A stretch of 63,242 bases of DNA, filler included, from an uncultured bacterium (lineage in GTDB: Bacteria > CAYJRR01): assembly GCA_964372275.1 (NCBI GenBank). It is 2 parts of 2 records of this genome, joined end to end, with 100 filler letters (N's around TTAATTAATTAA, not from the genome) between each part and the next. Parts side by side here need not be neighbours in the genome. Positions count along the whole stretch, not along the records: positions 31,999 to 63,242 come from CAYJRR010000050.1; 1 more part is not named here. One strand, 5' to 3'. The position numbers and the translations under genes were made by a program. Each line of letters opens with the position of its first letter. Positions within the stretch are counted from its first letter, which is position 1. Below are positions 51,878-60,955 of this stretch, in pieces. The notes beneath the pieces were generated by a model that saw only the letters and a list, made by a program, of their open reading frames with translations, was not told where the DNA came from and did no database searches.

Positions 51878-53059
51878 ATGTCCGATCGCATCCTGCTCGC
51901 CACGAAGAAGGGGACGCTCATCCTCGACCGCAAGAACGGGCGGTGGACGCCGCGTCCGATCGCGCAGGCCGGCCAGTCCGTCAGCTACGCGGCCCGCGAT
52001 CCGCGCGACGGGATGATCTGGGCGTGCATGGACAACGCGCACTGGGGCCCCGCGCTGATGCGCTCGAAGGACGAAGGGAAGACCTGGGAGGATGCCAGCC
52101 GCATCGCCTACCCGCAGGGGGCCCGCTACATCGAGCAGCTGATCCCCGACCCCAAGGCGATGGACCCGTCGAACAGGCCGATCACCTACAAGGCCGCCGC
52201 CCTCATGAAGGTGTGGGTGCTCGGCTTCGCCGGGAAGGACCAGCCGGGCGTGATCCACGCCGGCACCCTGCCCGGCGGACTGTTCACGACCCGTGACGGC
52301 GGCGAGACCTGGGAGCTCAACCGCCCGCTGTGGAATCACCCGAGCCGCGGCGGCGACCTCTTCGGCCGCGAGGCGACGAGCAAGAACGAGTGGGGCGGCA
52401 CGCCGGCGGCGATGGCCTACGGCGAGTTCGTGCCCGGGATCCATTCGGTCGCCGTCGATCCACGCGACTCGAACCACGTCTACGTGGCGGTCAGCTGCGC
52501 CGGCGTCCTCGAGACGCGGGACGGCGGCAAGACCTGGGCGGGCCGCAACAAGGGCCTGCTGAACGACTACCTGCCCAACGCGGAGGCGGAGTGGGGCCAC
52601 GACCCGCACTTCGTGACGCTCTGCCCGGCGCAGCCGGACCGGCTGTGGCAGCAGAACCACTGCGGCATCTTCACCAGCGAAGACGGCGCGGAGCGCTGGA
52701 AGCGCGTCAGCCAGAAGGACGTCTCGGCGCACTTCGGCTTCCCGATCGCCGCGGACGAGAAGGACGGAAAGACCGCCTGGGTCGTGCCGCTGGCGAGCGA
52801 CCAGGAGCGCATGACGGTCGGCGGCGGCCTCTTCGTGGCCCGCACCCGCGACGGCGGCGCGAGCTGGCAGACCTTCCGCGAGGGCCTGCCACAGGAGCAT
52901 TGCTACGACGTCACCTACCGCCACGCGTTGGACGTCCGCGGCGACCGCGTCTGCTTCGGCAGCACCACCGGCAACGTCTACGTCTCCGAGGACCGCGGCG
53001 AAAGCTGGCGCTGCGTCGGCAACAGCCTGCCCCCCGTGCACTCCGTCCGTTTCGCCTGA
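51878..53059 (+). CDS. BNR/Asp-box beta-propeller protein
   Basis: Six SxDGGxTW-type Asp boxes; no signal peptide. Confidence 0.88.
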   Translation: MSDRILLATKKGTLILDRKNGRWTPRPIAQAGQSVSYAARDPRDGMIWACMDNAHWGPALMRSKDEGKTWEDASRIAYPQGARYIEQLIPDPKAMDPSNRPITYKAAALMKVWVLGFAGKDQPGVIHAGTLPGGLFTTRDGGETWELNRPLWNHPSRGGDLFGREATSKNEWGGTPAAMAYGEFVPGIHSVAVDPRDSNHVYVAVSCAGVLETRDGGKTWAGRNKGLLNDYLPNAEAEWGHDPHFVTLCPAQPDRLWQQNHCGIFTSEDGAERWKRVSQKDVSAHFGFPIAADEKDGKTAWVVPLASDQERMTVGGGLFVARTRDGGASWQTFREGLPQEHCYDVTYRHALDVRGDRVCFGSTTGNVYVSEDRGESWRCVGNSLPPVHSVRFA

Positions 53060-53067
53060 CCGCCGCC

Positions 53068-53340
53068 ATGCCGCACGTCAGCTTCACGCGGCACCTGACC
53101 CGCTTCTTCCCGACACTCGTGGACGGCGAGGTCCCGGGCGCGACGGTCCGCGAGGTCGTCGACGAGCTCGATCGCCGCTACCCCGGCCTGGCGGCCTACA
53201 TCGTCGACGAAACCGGCCGCCTACGCCGCCACGTCAACGTCTTCATCGGCGACGACCCGATCGCCGACCGCGAGCACCTCTCCGACAGGATCCCTCCCGA
53301 GGCTCGCCTGTTCGTGATGCAAGCCCTCTCCGGCGGCTGA
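53068..53340 (+). CDS. MoaD/ThiS ubiquitin-like protein
   Basis: ATVREVVDEL..RYP, VNVF, C-terminal ALSGG. Confidence 0.9.
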   Translation: MPHVSFTRHLTRFFPTLVDGEVPGATVREVVDELDRRYPGLAAYIVDETGRLRRHVNVFIGDDPIADREHLSDRIPPEARLFVMQALSGG

Positions 53341-53629
53341 CGCCCGGCGCCTACGACGAGGAACCGATCGCCGAATTCGCGTTCGAGTGGCGGCGCCCGG
53401 ACCGATCCGGCACGAGCCGGGCAGCTTCGGTCTCGGGCCCTACCGGCCGGCGCACGTGTCCGCGCCGCCGGCAGGGGGCGTCCCAGACCGTGAGCACGAG
53501 CTTCGACCGGATCGCGCAATCGCTCGTCGAGCCGCGAAAGGTGAGCGCCTCGCTTCCGACCGTCCGTTCGGCGGGCGGATGAACGCCGCGGCGGAGGCCC
53601 GCGCCCCGGGGCCGCACGCGCCGGCCCCG

Positions 53630-54310
53630 TCAGAACTCGATCACCAGGCTCACGCGCTCGGGGAGCGCCTCGTGCGGAGGCGCGTTCAGCCGATAGGCCG
53701 GGTTGGAGAGGACGCGCGTGACGCACTCGCGTTGGTCGCGGGTGAGGTCGGCGCTCTGGGCGACCGGCTCCAGCTCGTGGTCGCCGACCCGGCCGCTGGC
53801 GGCGTCGATCGAAACGGTCCAGCGGAGGCTGCCGGTCGACGTGGCGCCGACGAAGCACCGCGAGAGGCGCGGACTGCGCGCGGAGACCTGGAGACGGAAG
53901 TCGTCGGTCCAGTCCGGCGCGCCGCGGCCCGCGAGGTCGTAGCCGGGGCGGCGCTGCCGTTCGAGCGTGCCGTCGAGCGGTCCGGGTCTCGGGCGCCGGG
54001 TCGGCGGGGGGGACGGCTTCGCGGCGATCGTCGGCACGCGCGGGGAGGCGATGGCGGGGGGCCCCTTGGCCTCGTCGCATCGGAGGAGGAGCAACAACAG
54101 GAGCAGGGCGGCGAGCGCCGCGAGGCGCCGTTCGCGGCGGTGGTCGCGTGGCGGGCGGCGTCCGAGCACCCGCCGCACCCGCTCCGCGGCCTGCGCGCGA
54201 AGACGCGGAAGCAGCCGCCGGGCCTCCTCCCTCCGGCGCCGCGCCTCCTGGCGCAGGTCGTCCGGTGACCGCGCCGGCGCGGCGTCGCGCGGATCAGTCG
54301 TGCCCGGCAT
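53630..54310 (-). CDS. Single-pass membrane protein with a Pro-rich linker and a TonB-C/AgmX-like C-terminal domain
   Basis: Basic N-terminus, LAALAALLLLLLLL helix, PSPPP linker, LSRCF...VSID..SGRV...ECV..VL Cys-pair domain. Confidence 0.55.
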   Translation of the reverse strand: MPGTTDPRDAAPARSPDDLRQEARRRREEARRLLPRLRAQAAERVRRVLGRRPPRDHRRERRLAALAALLLLLLLLRCDEAKGPPAIASPRVPTIAAKPSPPPTRRPRPGPLDGTLERQRRPGYDLAGRGAPDWTDDFRLQVSARSPRLSRCFVGATSTGSLRWTVSIDAASGRVGDHELEPVAQSADLTRDQRECVTRVLSNPAYRLNAPPHEALPERVSLVIEF

Positions 54311-56207
54311 CGGAGATCCTCCATCCGAAGACGGGCGCGCCGTCCGGCGTGCGCCACTCGACCGGGTCGAGGGCGAGCGGGGCGAAGGGCGACGGCGCCT
54401 CGGGCTCGGGGGCCACGAACGGCCACGGAAGCGGGTCGGCGGGGGCGAGGCGCACGGCGCCGGCGAACGTCTCGCGTGCCGGCGACAGCGACCGGGCTTT
54501 GGCCCCCACCGACTCGTCGAGGTGACGCAACCCCTCGAGGATCGCCTGCGCGCGGTCGGCGAGAAGCTCGGCGTTGCGCCGCTGCGCCCGCTTCCGGGGA
54601 TCCCCGTCGAGCAGCGGATCGAGCACGCGCACGACCGACCGGAGCGTCGCGGCGTGCGCGGCGCGGACCGACGCCTCCTCGGCCTCGATCTTCTCGATCA
54701 GCTCCCGGAGGAACCGCAGCGTGAGAGAAGGCTCGCCGGCGATCCCGTCGCGAAGCTCCGTCGCGAGGCTGCCCACCTTGCCGCGCGCCAGCCACCGCAG
54801 ACGCGCGGCCTTCAGGTCGAACGAACCTCCGCGGCGCGCCCCCGCGACGACACGCTCGAACGACCGTTCGTCGGCGCGCAGCGCGGCGCGCCAGGCCAGC
54901 TCCTCGACCACCGCGTTGTACTCCTGGCGTGGCACCAGCGCCTGCAGCGTGGCGATCACCCCGTCGTCGGTCTCGTACCGCGACAGCACGTAGGAGAGCC
55001 ACCGCCGTCCGAGCCCCAGGATCGCCGACGACTCCTGCGACTCCTCGGCCTTTCCCATGGCGAAGGCGAAGGAGCGGATCGCCTCCTGCGTCCGGCCGGC
55101 CTCGAGGAAGGCGATGCCGCGGTGGAGCGCGATCGCGGCGCGATCCCGGAATCCGGACGAGGGATCGAGATCGAGCAGGCGCTGCCCGCGCTCTCCGCCG
55201 AACACGGCGAGCCGGCGCTCCGGCGTGTCGGCGCCCAAGAAACCGATCCAGAGCGCGAGCTCCTCCCCGGACCGCCGCGCGGCGAGCTCGTCGATCATCG
55301 CGAGGACGAGCCGATCCAGTCGTCCTTCGTGGGTCGAGTGTCCCCTTGCCTGGGTGAACAGGAACAGCCTCCGCGAACGATGGAGGCTCATCCATTCCTC
55401 GACCGTCCACGACAGGCATCGCCGGAGGAACGACGCCGACGGGCTGTCCGAGGGGAAGAGCTCGGCCGCCGCGCGCACCTCCTTCGCCCCCGCCGCCGAG
55501 ACCCCCAACGCCTTCGCCTGCCGCTCCGCCGCGAGCGCGTCGCGGCGGATCTGCCGCGCCTGCAGTTCGGCGAGCGCGAGGTCGAGGTCGAAGATCCGCG
55601 CTTCGACGGCGGCGACGCTCTCCACCTTCGATCGATCCAGCGTCGAGAGCGACTCCTCGAGAAGGTCGCGGAGCGTCGCCCCGAGCACCCGCCGATCGCG
55701 GAGATGCTCGGTGGAGCCCGATCCGGGCAGCGCTCCGTAGATCGCGTAGCAGGGGGTGCGCGCGTAGGCGACGGTGCGCAGCTCCGACGGCGCGAGCACG
55801 TCCTTCAGCGAGACGAAGCGCTGCTGCCGGCCGACGTCGAACGCCCCCCACGGAGGCGGCCGCTTCGGCGCCGGACCCCGGCGCGCGGCGTCGACGAGCA
55901 CGTTGTGCAGCGCCAGCGGCCACAGCCCGGCGCCGCCGCGCTCGTCACGCGCGAAGCCGTCCGGACACAGGCCCATCTCTCCCAGCGCCGTCCAGACCGC
56001 CGAGCGGAAGTCGCCGTCCCGGGAGGCGCGCTCCCCCCGATCGAGGAGGCCGTTCCGCAGCAACCACAGCGTGAGCGTGTCCTTCGGTCGATCGTCCTTG
56101 AGCGCGAGCCGCGCGTTGTAGAAGACGAGATCCTGCGACGACGGCGACGGCCCGGCGGCGAGGAGGAAGGCCGACAGGACCGGCGGCGCGAGGGCGAGGC
56201 GGCGCAT
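54294..56207 (-). CDS. Large secreted alpha-helical/TPR-like hypothetical protein
   Basis: ATG at 56207 (TGATG coupling); signal peptide; HRGIAFLEAGRTQEAIRSF TPR-like segment. Confidence 0.7.
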   Translation of the reverse strand: MRRLALAPPVLSAFLLAAGPSPSSQDLVFYNARLALKDDRPKDTLTLWLLRNGLLDRGERASRDGDFRSAVWTALGEMGLCPDGFARDERGGAGLWPLALHNVLVDAARRGPAPKRPPPWGAFDVGRQQRFVSLKDVLAPSELRTVAYARTPCYAIYGALPGSGSTEHLRDRRVLGATLRDLLEESLSTLDRSKVESVAAVEARIFDLDLALAELQARQIRRDALAAERQAKALGVSAAGAKEVRAAAELFPSDSPSASFLRRCLSWTVEEWMSLHRSRRLFLFTQARGHSTHEGRLDRLVLAMIDELAARRSGEELALWIGFLGADTPERRLAVFGGERGQRLLDLDPSSGFRDRAAIALHRGIAFLEAGRTQEAIRSFAFAMGKAEESQESSAILGLGRRWLSYVLSRYETDDGVIATLQALVPRQEYNAVVEELAWRAALRADERSFERVVAGARRGGSFDLKAARLRWLARGKVGSLATELRDGIAGEPSLTLRFLRELIEKIEAEEASVRAAHAATLRSVVRVLDPLLDGDPRKRAQRRNAELLADRAQAILEGLRHLDESVGAKARSLSPARETFAGAVRLAPADPLPWPFVAPEPEAPSPFAPLALDPVEWRTPDGAPVFGWRISDAGHD

Positions 56208-57052
56208 CAGAAGAACCATCCGGTGCCGAGGGAGACCTCCCACCACCAGCCGAGCTCGGTGCCGAGCGTCGGCAGCGCGACCATGGCGCGCGGCGACAGG
56301 AATCCGCTGGGATGGAAGTAGACGTCCATCGACAGCCCGCCGAGCAACGCGTATCGCGCGGTGTCGATCTGCATCCCGCCGGGTCGGCGCCCCTCCAGGT
56401 TGTCGAGCTCGCGGGAGGTCAGCTGCGGCAGGAGGATCGAGCGGGCGATCCGCTCCCAACCGACGCCGGAGAACGCCCCCGGGTAGTAGAGGTAGCGCAG
56501 ACCGGCATTCGCGGTCAGCACCAGCTCGGTCGCGGGGAACGCCCCCGGTCGGGCCGTCGCCACCCCTTCGGCGATCGGGTAGCCGACATTGAAATCGAGC
56601 TCCCAGCGGCTGGGGCGGCCGACCTGTCGGTAGGGGGTGAGCTCGATCTTGTCGGCGCTCGCGCTGCCGTGGGTCCGGACGCGCGTCATCGCGAACTCGG
56701 TCATCAGGCTGTTCGACGGGCGGCGCAGGACGACGCCGCGGCGCTCGGTGGTGAAGTTGTTGAGCTCGAGCAGCACGCTCCCGGTGATCCCCACCCCGAC
56801 GCTCTTGCGCCGCCAGTCGACCCGCACCGCGCGCGACGCCGTGCCGATCGACCGCTCGACCAGCTCGTCGACGGGAAGGCGGAACTGCTCGATCCAATCG
56901 GTGGCCGGCGGCGGGTCGGCGAACGCTTCGGCGGCGGAGACCGCAGGGGCGGGCGGGAGAGGGGGATCGGCGGCGGGGGACGGAGACGGGGACGGGGTCG
57001 GCGTCGGGTCCGCCAGGAGCGCGAGCGCGAGGAGGGCCGGCTCAAGGATCAC
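56207..57052 (-). CDS. Putative outer-membrane beta-barrel protein
   Basis: Signal peptide, Pro-rich N-terminus, alternating amphipathic strands, C-terminal WEVSLGTGWFF beta-signal. Confidence 0.65.
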   Translation of the reverse strand: MILEPALLALALLADPTPTPSPSPSPAADPPLPPAPAVSAAEAFADPPPATDWIEQFRLPVDELVERSIGTASRAVRVDWRRKSVGVGITGSVLLELNNFTTERRGVVLRRPSNSLMTEFAMTRVRTHGSASADKIELTPYRQVGRPSRWELDFNVGYPIAEGVATARPGAFPATELVLTANAGLRYLYYPGAFSGVGWERIARSILLPQLTSRELDNLEGRRPGGMQIDTARYALLGGLSMDVYFHPSGFLSPRAMVALPTLGTELGWWWEVSLGTGWFF

Positions 57053-59033
57053 GAGGGAAGCCTCCGTCCCCCGGCTCCGGGAAGTCCGGCTCGTAGCACT
57101 GGTTCCGGTAGTCGTCGCGGAACTCGGCGCGCACGTTGTAGACGCCGGCCGAGTCGAAGGTCGGGTGGTCGCAGAACCGGGAGCAGCGCAGGAGCGTCCG
57201 GTCGAGCGGGAACTCGCCGGTTCGCCACAGATCGGTCCCCCAGTAGGAGCGGTCGGAGCGGGAGATCCCGAACGGCACCGTCGCCGAGAAGGCGGTCGCG
57301 CTTCCCGCGACCACGATCTCGTAGTCGAGCCGCAGCAGGAACGGGAACTCCCAGTAGAGACCCAGCTCGTACGACGACTCCGGATCCTGGTCGTGCACGT
57401 CCGGGAGCATCGACAGCGGCTGCGGATCGGGAAAGTCGTCGCTCCGGAAGACGACGATCCCGGCGACCGGGTCGGCGGCGCAGAACGAGAACGATTCGTC
57501 GGGGAGCGCCGACACGCTCTCGTCGTTGAAGAAGGTGGCGAGTCCGAACTCCCCGAGCCGGACGTTCTCCGACAAGGGCGTCCGCTCCGGGGCCAGGAAC
57601 TTGAGACCGGTCACCCGGCCCGCCTGGTCGGCAGAGTACTTGTCGATGAACGTCAGGTACTGCTTGCGCGTCGGCAGCACCGGCACGTTGGCGATGGTGA
57701 ACGGCCCCAGCGACAGCTCCGGGATGTCGGGGAGCAGCGGGCAGTTGCGCGCGGAGGTGGTGAGGATGTCGTCGAGGTCGTCGCCGCCGCCGAGCGCCGG
57801 GCACCACAGCGCGAGCGAGCTCAGGGCGTCGATCTCGATCGAGTGCGCGTAGCTGTCGAAGAGGAAGGCGCCGCTGACCCGCGGCGAGCTCTGGCCGGCT
57901 TCGAACGACAGGACCTGCTCCAGCGCCTCCTCCACCACGAATGCCACCCCGCCGCTCGGATCGTCGTGGTGCAGGGCGAGGGTGAGGACCATGTCGTTCC
58001 CCTCGGGGCGAACGTCGTCGACCGCCGCCTGCAGGTCGGCGGCGAGCTGGTCGGCGAACCCCTGGGTCTGCCAGTCGTCGATGCAGAGCACCTCCGAGGC
58101 GTCGAGGCGGAGGCGCTGCCGCTGCATCGCGCGGTGCTCCTCGGAGATGGTGCGCTCGCAGGGCCGGAGCAGGAAACCGACGGCGGTGTTCGAGCGGATC
58201 GGACTGCGCAGCTCGGGGAAGGCGGCGGCGACCTCCGGGTTCTTGCGCGCGACCGCCGGCGCCCGGAAGGTGCCGACCGCGTCGGTCACCGTCGACTCGG
58301 CGCAGACCAGCGGCTCGGGCCAGGCCTCGAACGGCAGCGCGTCCGGCTCGAAGATCGCGCGCTCGGAGGTCTCCAGCGCCTCCCACGGGAGCGCCGTCAT
58401 CGTCTCCGGGCAGGCCGGGTCGAAGGCGTAGGCGTACGGATTGCCGGCATCCTGCACGTCGGCCTCGCCGTAGCGCGCATCCGAGATGCGAAACGTCCGC
58501 CGCAGACCGAGGTCCTCGACCTCCTCGTTGCGGAGATTCGGGAAGTGATGGCGCGCGCGCCATTGGACGCGCTCGTTCGTCTCGTCGAAAACGCCGTAGA
58601 CGATCAGGCTCCGCTTCCGCGCCGGCGCCCCGGGGCCGACGAGGTAGAGCTCCGTCGTGGCGTTCAGCACCAGCTCCCCGTCCCGGTGGTAGCGGAGGCG
58701 CAGATCGACCGAACCGGGCCGGTCGGGGAGGTGGAGGCTCATCGATCCGCAACGTGCCGTCCGCCCGCAGTCGACCGGCAGGTGGGTGTGAACCGGCTCG
58801 AGCGTGGACAGGTCGGTCCAGGGGAGCTCGAACGGATCGGTGCGGTAGGTCAGCTCGACCACGCTCTCCGGCCCCAGCCCCTGGCTGGCCTCGATGCGAT
58901 AGAAGAGGAAGAGCGTCTCCTCCTCCTCGAACCACACGGCGTCGGACAGGGCGAAGCCGGCCCCGATGTCGGTGAGCGGCAGCTTCTCGCAGCCGGCCGC
59001 CAGCAGGACCGCGACCAGGAGGAGCGCCCGCAC
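57042..59033 (-). CDS. Large Cys-containing hypothetical lipoprotein
   Basis: GTG at 59033 overlapping the upstream TAG; MRALLLVAVLLAAG-C lipobox. Confidence 0.75.
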   Translation of the reverse strand: MRALLLVAVLLAAGCEKLPLTDIGAGFALSDAVWFEEEETLFLFYRIEASQGLGPESVVELTYRTDPFELPWTDLSTLEPVHTHLPVDCGRTARCGSMSLHLPDRPGSVDLRLRYHRDGELVLNATTELYLVGPGAPARKRSLIVYGVFDETNERVQWRARHHFPNLRNEEVEDLGLRRTFRISDARYGEADVQDAGNPYAYAFDPACPETMTALPWEALETSERAIFEPDALPFEAWPEPLVCAESTVTDAVGTFRAPAVARKNPEVAAAFPELRSPIRSNTAVGFLLRPCERTISEEHRAMQRQRLRLDASEVLCIDDWQTQGFADQLAADLQAAVDDVRPEGNDMVLTLALHHDDPSGGVAFVVEEALEQVLSFEAGQSSPRVSGAFLFDSYAHSIEIDALSSLALWCPALGGGDDLDDILTTSARNCPLLPDIPELSLGPFTIANVPVLPTRKQYLTFIDKYSADQAGRVTGLKFLAPERTPLSENVRLGEFGLATFFNDESVSALPDESFSFCAADPVAGIVVFRSDDFPDPQPLSMLPDVHDQDPESSYELGLYWEFPFLLRLDYEIVVAGSATAFSATVPFGISRSDRSYWGTDLWRTGEFPLDRTLLRCSRFCDHPTFDSAGVYNVRAEFRDDYRNQCYEPDFPEPGDGGFPRDP

Positions 59034-60955
59034 TAGGCGACCAGCTCCGCGAACGAGACGCGGCCGAGCGCCATCACCCGCTTCATCGCGTCGACCAGCT
59101 CCGCGCGCCCGCGCCGCGCCATGCGCAGCTGCTCGGCCCGCGTGGGAAAGGCCATGTTCGCCCGCGCCGCGCGTTGCAACGCCGGGGTCAGGATCCCGAG
59201 AAGCGTCTCCTGCCAGCGCGGGTCGTGCACCGACAGCCACCCGGCGAGCGCCTTGACGTCGACCTCGAGCATCAGGTCTGCCTGCGCCTCGCGCGGCAGC
59301 TTCAGCAGCATGTCGGGGTAGAGGATGTTGTAGTACCAGAAGGGGTAGGACCCGTTCCAGCGCTTGAGCGCCCCGTCCAGCAGCGCCTGCCGCTCGGCGT
59401 CGGTGAGGTGCGTGAACAGCACCGAGAGCGCCCCCGGCGCGTCGAACTCGCGACCCAGGTCGACGATGCCGCTCGCCTCCTGCTTCGGCGGCGCCGGCAG
59501 CGGGCGCCCCATCCGCGCCGCATCCAGCGCGGCGAACAGGTGGGCCCGCTCGTCGTTGGAGACGCGGTTCGACAGCAGCAGCTGCGTGCCGAGCAGCGAT
59601 CGGAACGTGGGCTGCAGGCTGCGGGTCACCTCGTGCTGGATGTCGACCGGCACCATCGCGAACAGGAGCGCCGCGTGGCGAGGCGAGAGCGCCTCGATCA
59701 GGTTCGCCACCCCGGCGCTGCCGAAGTCCTCGCGGATGGAACGGTAGAGGTCGGCGTCGTGCTGCGACAGGAGCGACGACGAGATCGCGTGGTGGTTGAG
59801 AGTGCGGAAGAACTCGGCGTCCGAGGGGAGCGGCTGGTTGTCGAGGTTCCGCAGGTACTCGGCGAACTCCACTTTGCGCGCCGCGAGGTCGCCGTCGGAG
59901 GAGAAGGTCAACGCCAGGCGGTCCTTGAAGACGTGGATCGCTTTCGCGAGCAGCGCGAACTCCCCCGCCTTGAGCCACTGGTGCAGCAGCGCCACCACCA
60001 CGCTCTCGTCGCGCTCCATCTCCGCCTTCGAGATCCGTTCGTTCCACAGCGCCCGAGCCTCGTCGACGAACGCCTGGTCCTGCTCGTCGGGGGTCTTCTG
60101 TTCGGCCGCGGCCCTCTCCGCCGCGCTTTGGATCGGCGCGGCCTCGGTCGACGCCGGGAGGCCGCCATCGGCTGCGGGCCCGAGCGCCCCGGCGGCGAGC
60201 TGCGCCGCCATCATCTTCTCTTCGATCGACTCCTTCCCGAGGCGGCGAAGTGCCCAGATGACGGAGAGCGTCGCCAGGGTCACCAGGAGCAGCGCGATCA
60301 TCCAGGAGAAGTGCGGCAGCAGCGCGACCCACAGCTCCCGCACGGCCACCGCGCCGTCCCAGGTCGTCGGCGGCGTCGGCGCGGGGGCCGGCGTCGCCGC
60401 CGGACGCGGCGTCGGCTCGGGGGTCGGCTGCGAAACCCCAAGGCTCGGCGAGATCGGGTCGAGGAGCTGGCGACCGACCGTGACCTTCAGCCATCCCTTC
60501 GAGAGGCGCTGCTCCAGCCGGCGCACCAGCGCCTGCACGTCGCGCGCGGGGACCGATTTCTCGTGCGCGAAGTCGCACTGCGCCTGGGTGAGGTACTCCT
60601 GCGCCGGGACGGCCCCCGGCCCCTCCTGCTGGGGGATCCCCGGCAGCGAGGAGCTGCGCGGCAGGTCGACCACCGCGTGGTCCCGGTAGACGCAGCCCTT
60701 GGAGACGCACCGCTCCGGCGCGCAGTCCTGGAGCAGGCCCGAGTCGAACCGGCTCTCCAGCTCGCGCAGCTCCACCAGCACCGGCGGCGGGATGTGCCGC
60801 TGCGGAATGGCGGCGGCCCCCGTCTGGGCGGCCGCGGAGTGCGGCAGCACGGCCGCGAGAAGGGGGAGCAGCGCCGCGCCGAGGCGGCCCGAGATCGGCC
60901 GACCACTCGCGCCGGGCGACGGAAGAGGTCTTGAAATCGGCTCGCGGGCACTCAT
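59033..60955 (-). CDS. FliF-FliG fusion-like rotor protein (signal peptide, RBM-like periplasmic domain, one TM helix, FliG-M/FliG-C-like cytoplasmic part)
   Basis: ATG at 60955 coupled to the motB stop; VALLHQWL (FliF C-terminus-like); ANLIEALSPRHAALL...EV...RVS (FliG-M-like); DMLLKLPREAQADLMLEVDVKALA...ELVDAMKRVMALGRV (FliG-C-like). Confidence 0.7.
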   Translation of the reverse strand: MSAREPISRPLPSPGASGRPISGRLGAALLPLLAAVLPHSAAAQTGAAAIPQRHIPPPVLVELRELESRFDSGLLQDCAPERCVSKGCVYRDHAVVDLPRSSSLPGIPQQEGPGAVPAQEYLTQAQCDFAHEKSVPARDVQALVRRLEQRLSKGWLKVTVGRQLLDPISPSLGVSQPTPEPTPRPAATPAPAPTPPTTWDGAVAVRELWVALLPHFSWMIALLLVTLATLSVIWALRRLGKESIEEKMMAAQLAAGALGPAADGGLPASTEAAPIQSAAERAAAEQKTPDEQDQAFVDEARALWNERISKAEMERDESVVVALLHQWLKAGEFALLAKAIHVFKDRLALTFSSDGDLAARKVEFAEYLRNLDNQPLPSDAEFFRTLNHHAISSSLLSQHDADLYRSIREDFGSAGVANLIEALSPRHAALLFAMVPVDIQHEVTRSLQPTFRSLLGTQLLLSNRVSNDERAHLFAALDAARMGRPLPAPPKQEASGIVDLGREFDAPGALSVLFTHLTDAERQALLDGALKRWNGSYPFWYYNILYPDMLLKLPREAQADLMLEVDVKALAGWLSVHDPRWQETLLGILTPALQRAARANMAFPTRAEQLRMARRGRAELVDAMKRVMALGRVSFAELVA

